Assembly (NCBI GenBank): GCA_963674785.1 | Contig: OY771555.1 | Span: forward strand, 1,152,001 to 1,216,000 | Source: Caldisericia bacterium | GTDB taxonomy: Bacteria; Caldisericota; Caldisericia; JAAYUI01 | Direction: 5' to 3' | Length of the DNA stretch: 64,000 nt | Shown here: positions 58,001-64,000 of the stretch, piece after piece | Position numbering within the stretch: position 1 is the stretch's first letter | Layout of the letters: each line of letters opens with the position of its first letter | Position numbers and translations under genes: made by a program | Notes under the pieces: generated by a model | Database searches by the model: none | Told to the model about the DNA's origin: nothing | Seen by the model: only the letters and a program-made list of their open reading frames with translations

Positions 58001-59586
58001 AGTACAGCCTGGACTTTGGTGAGAAAACTCGCTACTTCCAAGCAAGAATTGGTTACAGAGACGAAGATTCAGTTATTTCGGTTATCAGGGATATTTCCGA
58101 CATAAAGAGGGCTCAAAACAAACTAAGATCAAGCAACGAGTTTTTAAATAGTGTTGTGACATCAATGTACGAGGTTGTGTGGGCAAAGGATTTAGAGGGA
58201 AGATATACATATTACAGGTGGCCAGAACTAGAAAAAAATGGGGCTTTTGACCCAAAAGAATATGTTGGAGGCAAGGCTGAAGACTTCATATCCCAACAGG
58301 CACACATCCAACTTACCAACCAGATGTTTGAAAAGGTCATAAAAACTGGTGAAGATGTCTCTTACAGAACAGAAGTCTTTGTGGAGTCTCTTGAAAGAAC
58401 TGAAATAATGAATATTTCTCTTACTCCACTTCTAGACAATGATGGAAAGATAGTTGGTGTTATAGGGGTTGGAAAATCAATAACCCAACAATTCCTCGCA
58501 GAGGAAAAAGCAAGATATTTTGAAAAGAGATATGCTGGTATTGTTGAGGCGGTTGAAGACCTGATTTTTGAGATAAGAAATGAAATTGTGATGTTTGTCT
58601 CCCCGTCACTCAAAAAATTAGTTGGTGTTGATCCCAAGACCCTTGTTGGGAAAAGCATATATGATGTTGCTGATGAATGGCAAATAACCTCAGCAGATGA
58701 CTTGACTCTTAGCAAGAAATTCTTTGAGTTTTGTGTGGTTGATAAACGTGGAAAAACAAGATATTTCGATACTCGAATGAGTAAAGTCGGTAGTTCTCTT
58801 TTTGGTGTGGCAAGAGAGATAACAAGAAAAAAATATCTAGAGCAGGCAAAAGAAAAATACTACTCTAGCTTGATGCATGAACTGAAAAACCCTCTTGTTC
58901 TGATACAGGGATATTCTGAGATGCTTGAACCAAAGCTTGATGGTGATGAGCTTGATATGCTGAAAATCATTCAAGAGTCAGCAAAAAGGCAAGACCGAAG
59001 GTTAACAGAGTTAAGCACAAAAAATGCCTCGGGAAGAAACTACAAGTTCATGCAAGTAAACGCTTATGAGTCTATTAAGAAAAGTGTTGATTATCTTGCA
59101 AAACTCTTCCCGATGCTCTCAAACAAACACCATGGACACGATACCTCTGTGTTTTCCAGCAACATAGATGAAAGACTCAAAAAAGTGCAGCTCCTTATCG
59201 ATGTTGAGAGTCTAGATGAAGTCTTTGAGAATCTCGTCTCAAACGCGGTCAAATATAGCCCCGGTGATAGGGTGCATGTGAGTCTTGTTGCCAAAAAACT
59301 CGATAACGCCAGGGTAGAGGTTTCAGTAACCGACAAGGGATATGGAATCCCAGAGGACGAACTAAAAAAGATTTTCAAACCTTTCTACAGGATTGATAAC
59401 GATAACACTCTTGAGATCGAAGGCACAGGTATAGGGCTTGCAAACTCAAAACTCCATGTTGAAGTAAATGATGGAGAGATCTTTGTTGAGTCTACCCCTG
59501 GTGAAGGCTCAACATTTAGAGTCGTGCTGCCGATATATTCGTATCTGACAGACGATTCTGAGCAATACAACCCACTTCTGGACTAA
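55012..59586 (+). CDS. Cytoplasmic multi-PAS sensor histidine kinase (about 9 PAS-like units), no adjacent response regulator
   Basis: Repeated PAS/PAC with RDIT/DVT ends; MHELKNP, NLVSNAVKY, GTGIGL; GTG 55012 lies 6 nt after TATAAT (track start 54973). Confidence 0.92.
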   Translation: MRAYDAGGLPAVIVTDWRKVLFSNSIFPELTGLDEVVLISDDFHNFFDCDIDWKSIKKIGRASLKFYNILGQKKFFDVYCNESNGSYVLTLFESGLDKKTTQSENQGIEECGKFLELAPIGLYRATPDGRLISANETLAKMLGYESSDRMNVELKSLGAHIDPALLGERVKKWKNIKEFGKPFEFQVRRLDGSTIWLRDQGNLEFDENGEIAVIEGMLTDVTAEHEIRELLWNVKSNLEDTVEEKDKKLINATRRERIVARRLKTILDSIPDVAWLKDKNFNVIAANQSYVNLAGFSSPDDCLGKNDFDIWPEEIAMVYRGNDIEVVESRKKIVFEEPIITPEKKVLFYETIKLPVFDDLNEIIGIAGISRDVTSRKRQQEELEILVAERTRDLERINEQLLEEIEEHKRLEVALDESNQRFKNLIRLSPDVIMVIDKGGHILSFQNGQGYFLDTNTTEILDTKKIEDFPFKNGADDLNRAIDSIEKAIESGRLQSFEFSGVFEDICRHYQARIVKKDADSVVVFARDITVLKNAHIKIEDSERKFRDLFNFSPEPMIITGIDSRKIVDVNEAMLDFIDKDSDEIIGLTLLEFVDKCSIFLTEESLDALKNAPEKTSNLEIDFIYGDSGVKHSLYSSSVVSINGESCIISVFRDITERKQQQILLNQSNIFLDTMVSTLHEVVFVKDLEGRYTYYRWPEYEGHPSFDVSKLIGKKIEEIEVKPDRIAESNKAFNDVIESGCPVTYYTNLKLSISESNEVMEVTLSPMKDADGNITSVVGVAKSITEKVVAEQRVKVSEERYKKLSEGVNSPIFVHDGERFVYFNAAFSKAIGYSRDELEEMEIYKILHPDMVDRMKEQFKKRVAGESVPIKGLVNIITKSGEELIWELLISGTELDGKKCSLISATDITKLKKKEKALIESRNNYAQLVNAVPDLIFTISAEGRYIEYRAIDESDLYIPSDEIIGKTVFDTLPESIASEVIGKIRTVLNTKEFVDFEYSLDFGEKTRYFQARIGYRDEDSVISVIRDISDIKRAQNKLRSSNEFLNSVVTSMYEVVWAKDLEGRYTYYRWPELEKNGAFDPKEYVGGKAEDFISQQAHIQLTNQMFEKVIKTGEDVSYRTEVFVESLERTEIMNISLTPLLDNDGKIVGVIGVGKSITQQFLAEEKARYFEKRYAGIVEAVEDLIFEIRNEIVMFVSPSLKKLVGVDPKTLVGKSIYDVADEWQITSADDLTLSKKFFEFCVVDKRGKTRYFDTRMSKVGSSLFGVAREITRKKYLEQAKEKYYSSLMHELKNPLVLIQGYSEMLEPKLDGDELDMLKIIQESAKRQDRRLTELSTKNASGRNYKFMQVNAYESIKKSVDYLAKLFPMLSNKHHGHDTSVFSSNIDERLKKVQLLIDVESLDEVFENLVSNAVKYSPGDRVHVSLVAKKLDNARVEVSVTDKGYGIPEDELKKIFKPFYRIDNDNTLEIEGTGIGLANSKLHVEVNDGEIFVESTPGEGSTFRVVLPIYSYLTDDSEQYNPLLD

Positions 59587-59612
59587 ACTTTTTTTGAGAT
59601 AATCCAAATACC

Positions 59613-59660
59613 CCGTCCCCCGCACGGTTGCTGAGCCTGTCGAAGCATGATGCGGGGTCT
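59613..59660. repeat. REP-like palindrome with a second REP-like motif nested in its loop
   Basis: CCGTC-CCCCGCA[CGGTTGCTGAGCCTGTCGAAGCA]TGA-TGCGGGG-TCT. Confidence 0.6.
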
Positions 59661-59730
59661 AAGGTTGCTCTAGCTACGGTAAGTATTCTAATTGTTTCCT
59701 TTTACAAAATCGACATAAATCTCTTTCCCT

Positions 59731-59760
59731 CCGTCATCCCGGGCTTGGCCCGGGATCCAG
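59731..59760. repeat. REP-like palindromic element
   Basis: CCGTCATCCCGGG-CTTGG-CCCGGGATCCAG; GC-rich patch in AT-rich DNA. Confidence 0.7.
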
Positions 59761-59866
59761 GGTATTAAATTTGTTCTTATTTGAGTCTGAGCATTTTTTT
59801 ATAAAAACGACATAAATTCTCAATAATCAAGATTGACCCATCTGAAATTAGTTAGATAATTGAGGT

Positions 59867-61534
59867 ATGGGAAAAAATGATAATCAAAGACCTGGAAGCA
59901 AATGGAGAAAACTCTGGTCTTACAAACACCATAGTGATAATTTCAAGTGGGTTGTCTATTGTGTGTTGTATTTGCTATTTTGTGTGGTTTTATGGCACTT
60001 AGCCTTAATAAAAATTCCAATGTCATATATAACGCAAGACCATTTCAAAACACCTGCACTGTATTTCTTCAGTGCTGTTGCCCAGACAATGGGTGCATTG
60101 CTGGCAATTACTTTCACAGTTTTTTATATTTCAGTCCAGAATTTCTATAAGAGAGATATTCAAAAAGTAAATGACAAAGAAAATAAAACTATTCAATACT
60201 TGAGAGAAGTTGCATTTGAGCCATTAAAAAGAATTATGCTTAACGACAAACACCTAATAGTCGGAATTTCTTCTGGAGTTTTATCTATCTTTTTGTCAAT
60301 AGTGGGTATACTTGTTATTTATATCCATTATTTCAACCCAAGAACTTTTTTGTTTGTAATTGTAGTATTATCACCAGTTGTTTTTTTAGGTATAGTTTCT
60401 TCTTTGTCGAATACAATGAAGTTTATTCGAAACCGGTTTGGGTATTATACGAATCCGATTACATATATACTCACAAAAGATGTGGAGGAGCGAAGAAATA
60501 TCTTTTCGAGCAGAGATTTTGTTAATGAGTTTGAGATCGCCATATTGACAAATGTATTAAACGGTGAGAGCAAGGGACAATCCAAGAATCTGATTGTATG
60601 CTCAATGGAGGAGATAAAAAATGATCAAGAATCGTATTCGATAATTGCCAAAAACATAGCATCGGATATTGGAAAGATTATTCTAAACTACAATGAAAGA
60701 AGTGAGGTGTCTAAAGAGATTATTGAAAGATTATTTGCTGAGGTTGAAAGCTTTGGCTATCAAACAAAAGAAGTAAATACCGCAAATGGGGCGACATTTG
60801 ATCACTATTATATTTTTGAATATTTTTCAAGATTGATTGTTAATGTATGTCGAGGTTCTGATACTTTTCCTGAAAACCATAAGACTCTAAAGGAGAGGAC
60901 TGAGGAGATAACTTTGCAAGATGAAAACAAGCCTAGTAATAAGCCTTATCCGTATCTTTTCAAATACCATATTCTAAAGAATTTTGGAGTTCAGCCTTAT
61001 AAACTCATCCGAATAGATGAAATCCTTCCAAAATATAGTTTGGGAGTTATCGATATGGTTATTGGAGGGAAATTTGATTTAGAAAATATTACTCGAAATG
61101 ATAAGATTGATTTTTGCTGTATTTTTTTGCAGGATATTTTCTTAAGTTATTTTCGCCAGTTAACCTCTAGAATATCTGATGCAAATGTAGCTTTTAATTT
61201 TCAAAAAACCTTACTACCTGATATTACCGAGATAAAGAAAATAAAGAAAAATTACAAGGAATGCTATAAAAAATATAACTTAGACATTTTTGAAAAATAT
61301 ATTAATCCGATAAAATTTTCAATTCTCGCCTATGTATCGTCAACTTCAATGCATATCAGAGGATGGATTCTCCCATACATTGATGCAATCTTTTTCTTCG
61401 TCACTGGAGTCGATATTAGACTCTCGCAAATGGACTTGAGAATGCTACATCTTGAAAAGAAAAACATTGACTCTCAGAATTATAAAATCCCGGAAATACT
61501 GACATTTTTAAATGAGTATATTAATCAAGACTAA
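59867..61534 (+). CDS. Hypothetical protein, 4 N-terminal TM helices plus large cytoplasmic helical region
   Basis: Hydrophobic blocks in the first 190 aa; TTGACC-16-GATAAT promoter ending 6 nt before ATG; AT-rich by eye. Confidence 0.65.
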   Translation: MGKNDNQRPGSKWRKLWSYKHHSDNFKWVVYCVLYLLFCVVLWHLALIKIPMSYITQDHFKTPALYFFSAVAQTMGALLAITFTVFYISVQNFYKRDIQKVNDKENKTIQYLREVAFEPLKRIMLNDKHLIVGISSGVLSIFLSIVGILVIYIHYFNPRTFLFVIVVLSPVVFLGIVSSLSNTMKFIRNRFGYYTNPITYILTKDVEERRNIFSSRDFVNEFEIAILTNVLNGESKGQSKNLIVCSMEEIKNDQESYSIIAKNIASDIGKIILNYNERSEVSKEIIERLFAEVESFGYQTKEVNTANGATFDHYYIFEYFSRLIVNVCRGSDTFPENHKTLKERTEEITLQDENKPSNKPYPYLFKYHILKNFGVQPYKLIRIDEILPKYSLGVIDMVIGGKFDLENITRNDKIDFCCIFLQDIFLSYFRQLTSRISDANVAFNFQKTLLPDITEIKKIKKNYKECYKKYNLDIFEKYINPIKFSILAYVSSTSMHIRGWILPYIDAIFFFVTGVDIRLSQMDLRMLHLEKKNIDSQNYKIPEILTFLNEYINQD

Positions 61535-62286
61535 CCCCCACACCTCATCTTCCCCTTAGTCCCTAGCGAATCCAACGCCTCTTCTGGGCAGTGGTTGATA
61601 CACCCATAACAAGCAGAACACGGAGCTTTGATTTTTGGAAATGGGTCAAGTGTGATACACCCTGTTGGGCATACGCTAGCGCACACTCCGCACTTTGTGC
61701 ATTTGTTTTTGTCGACCTTTACCCTAAACCATGTCCAAAGCCAGGTGCGAGTATAAAATGGCACGATGAGGTCATGCCAACTGAAGTTGGATTCTGGCGC
61801 TGGTTTTTTCTCTGTTTTTCCGCTTGCAATTTTTAGGGTTTTTGTGGCAAAATTCATTGGGTCATTTGAAACTTTTTTCTTTTGTTTCTCAGCAATTTCT
61901 GCCAGCTTTTCTGGAGTCCTTAAAACTGTCCAGGTTTCCTCAGCAACACCCATCCCCCAGTTTCTGACATCAAACCCTTTTTTGGTCATGAGCCTGAAGG
62001 TTCTTGTGATAGCATTTGCAACCTTACCTGCGTATGTCACATAGATAAATGCTTTCTTGCTGTTTTGTTTCTGAAGTCTTTTTATCCAGTGGGTTATCAT
62101 CCACGGGGCAGCCCAGGCATATACAGGGAAACAAACCCCGACTATATCAAAACTATCTATGGCTAGGTCGCCACTAACTGGGATGATTTCCGAACTAGCC
62201 CCAAGCTGATTGAAGCTGTCAGAGATTTCACGGGCGAACTTTTTTGTGTTGCCCGTTCCTGAAAAATAAACTATGCCTATTTTCAC
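61531..62286 (-). CDS. EFR1-family flavodoxin-ferredoxin protein
   Basis: YFSGTGNT, FPVY, CTKCGVCASVCP, CSACYGCINHCP. Confidence 0.9.
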   Translation of the reverse strand: MKIGIVYFSGTGNTKKFAREISDSFNQLGASSEIIPVSGDLAIDSFDIVGVCFPVYAWAAPWMITHWIKRLQKQNSKKAFIYVTYAGKVANAITRTFRLMTKKGFDVRNWGMGVAEETWTVLRTPEKLAEIAEKQKKKVSNDPMNFATKTLKIASGKTEKKPAPESNFSWHDLIVPFYTRTWLWTWFRVKVDKNKCTKCGVCASVCPTGCITLDPFPKIKAPCSACYGCINHCPEEALDSLGTKGKMRCGG

Positions 62287-63062
62287 TTTTTCTGACTTTC
62301 CATGATTTTTTTGATGGTTTTTTTGAAGATTTTTGGTGTGAGATTTTTGAATGGGAATCTCACAATGAGGAATGATCTGAGTCTGTTTCGCCAGTTTGGC
62401 ATGCAGATGACTTTCTTTGATTTCAGATTTTTCAGTGAGTAATCAACAACAAACTCAACCGAATCAATATGCATTTTTAAGATATTTTCGTCTTCATTCT
62501 CGGTGTGTTCCCTGAGAAGCTCTGTATCGGTTGGCCCTGGGCAGAATGCCTGGACTTTGATGCCGAGGTCGCCATATTCAAAATGCAGTGCTTCAGAGAA
62601 TGCAACCATGAAGTTTTTTGTTGTGGAGTAAACCACGTCAATCGTTGCATTTCTCATGAATGCTGCCGTTGATGCGACATTGATTATTGTTCCAGATTTC
62701 TGCTGTATCATGTGCGGAAGCGCTTTGTGGGTCAATCTCACAGGGACTTCACAATGAAGTTGAACCTTGTTCTTTTGGCTTAAAATGTCTAACTCATCAA
62801 ATCTTCCGAATGCTCCAAAACCTGCATTGTTGATGAGAAAATCGACTCCAGATTCCGTGATTTTTTCTTCAACTTTTGTTATGTCTTCTTCACAAGTAAG
62901 ATTAGCAACAAGGATTTCAGCATTTTTGATTTTGCTTGCCACACCTTCAAGTCTGTCTTTTCTTCTTGCGACCAGGATTATTTTATATCCAAGCTTATCG
63001 AGCTGATAAGCATATTCTTCACCAATTCCACTTGATGCACCTGTTATTAATGCTGTTTTCAT
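62283..63062 (-). CDS. Short-chain dehydrogenase/reductase
   Basis: TGASSGIG, NNAGFG, YSTTK, CPGPT. Confidence 0.93.
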   Translation of the reverse strand: MKTALITGASSGIGEEYAYQLDKLGYKIILVARRKDRLEGVASKIKNAEILVANLTCEEDITKVEEKITESGVDFLINNAGFGAFGRFDELDILSQKNKVQLHCEVPVRLTHKALPHMIQQKSGTIINVASTAAFMRNATIDVVYSTTKNFMVAFSEALHFEYGDLGIKVQAFCPGPTDTELLREHTENEDENILKMHIDSVEFVVDYSLKNLKSKKVICMPNWRNRLRSFLIVRFPFKNLTPKIFKKTIKKIMESQKK

Positions 63063-63074
63063 TTTTGTTCTCCC

Positions 63075-63872
63075 TTATCTTTTTTGATTTATGATGTCGG
63101 CAGTACTTGTGCCTGCAAACTTATACTGAGGGTTGCTCTCTGTTTTTTTATTTCTGTGGATCGCGTTTTGCGGACAGAAATGAAGGCAGGCAAGGCACTC
63201 TTGGCAATTACCGTTCCAACTTGGTTTTTCATTATTGAAACTAATGTTTGCAACTGGACAAATCTTTTCACATATTTTGCATGAGTTGCAAGAATCAAGA
63301 ACATAAAACTTTTTATTCACTTCTGGAAGGTTCTTCCTCCATTTTTTGTACATCCCACCGATAAACCATGAAAGGAGCGGATTTCCGTTTTCGATTCCCT
63401 TTTCTTCTGCAAGAACTTTGAGTCCTATTGTATCAACTTTTTTCATCGCAGATTCATTGATTACTAGTTGTTTTTCCATCGGAGGGATTTTGAGCATTAC
63501 TGAATAGTTGTCAACGAATCTGACATTGTAACCTGCATCAAGCGTATTTCCGTTTTTCTCCAATGTTGTTTTCAGTTGATTCAAAACCATCTTAGTGTTG
63601 GAGATTGGGTTTCCAATTGTTACTACACCAAAGGTGTATTTGGTTTTTGAAAGATCAAGCTTTGAGACAAAATCTTCAACAATTTTTGGGAGTCCCATGA
63701 AATAGATTGGGAATACAATGCCAAGCCGATATGCCCCGGGTGTGATTTTGTCTTGGTTTACTAGTCCTGCGATTCCCTGGAGTTCACAGTCTTCACCAAG
63801 GTTTTTTGCAAGTCTTCTTGCAGTCGCAAGAGAGTTACCAGTTCCTGTAAAATAATAAATTGTCGTTTTCAT
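63075..63872 (-). CDS. EFR1-family flavodoxin-ferredoxin protein
   Basis: YFTGTGNS, FPIY, CNSCKICEKICP, CQECLACLHFCP. Confidence 0.92.
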   Translation of the reverse strand: MKTTIYYFTGTGNSLATARRLAKNLGEDCELQGIAGLVNQDKITPGAYRLGIVFPIYFMGLPKIVEDFVSKLDLSKTKYTFGVVTIGNPISNTKMVLNQLKTTLEKNGNTLDAGYNVRFVDNYSVMLKIPPMEKQLVINESAMKKVDTIGLKVLAEEKGIENGNPLLSWFIGGMYKKWRKNLPEVNKKFYVLDSCNSCKICEKICPVANISFNNEKPSWNGNCQECLACLHFCPQNAIHRNKKTESNPQYKFAGTSTADIINQKR

Positions 63873-63883
63873 ATAAAATCTCC

Positions 63884-64000
63884 TTATTTTGTGGCAAGAT
63901 TCAATCCGACAACCCCAATTATTATCAGAGCAAGTGAGAGCATTTTGAATGTTGTTGCTGGTTCTTTGAAAACAAACATCCCAATGATTGCAATTGATGC
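63884..64000 (-). CDS. SMR/DMT small multidrug resistance transporter, C-terminal fragment (truncated by window)
   Basis: ASIAIIGMFVFKEPATTFKMLSLALIIIGVVGLNLATK* read on minus strand; not in ORF track. Confidence 0.8.
   Translation of the reverse strand, partial: ASIAIIGMFVFKEPATTFKMLSLALIIIGVVGLNLATK

Noticed and set aside
119-63304. Numerous short ORFs (60-200 aa) antisense to or overlapping the main genes
   Set aside because: They are shadows of well-supported CDSs, with no recognisable motifs or start signals
1-64000. CRISPR array, rRNA, integrase or transposase
   Set aside because: No regularly spaced short repeats or recognisable motifs seen; the only long repeat is intragenic in pstS

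Overview
A 64-kb, AT-rich, gene-dense bacterial chromosomal segment. The gene content (class II RNR, tilS-hpt-ftsH, many secreted proteins with PQQ-type propellers, cohesin and copper-amine-oxidase-N 'stalk' domains) is what I would expect of an anaerobe such as Caldisericota; this is an inference, not a database result. Core genes: nrdJ (3' part), tilS, hpt, ftsH, LipM-like enzyme, PrsA-like foldase, valS, pstSCAB-phoU with an internally duplicated PstS, a PhoB/PhoR-like pair, a Fur/PerR regulator, DEAD-box and Pif1 helicases, and three tRNAs (Gln-CTG, Glu-CTC, Val-GAC). I saw no CRISPR array, rRNA, integrase or transposase. Best candidates for undescribed biology: (1) a DUF4388 + V4R-like + Roadblock signalling cluster with no GTPase; (2) an RloC-like ABC-ATPase/HEPN gene directly behind C34 tRNA-Gln and tRNA-Glu; (3) a possible non-cellulosomal cohesin-dockerin protease display system; (4) several structured leader RNAs, including a perfect three-way junction behind a strong promoter; (5) widespread leaderless genes and 16-bp promoter spacers; (6) a BshC-like orphan enzyme, a catalytically dead M1 peptidase followed by an unannotated 38-aa membrane peptide, and nested REP-like elements. 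Family assignments come from motif recognition by eye and need HMM or structure confirmation.
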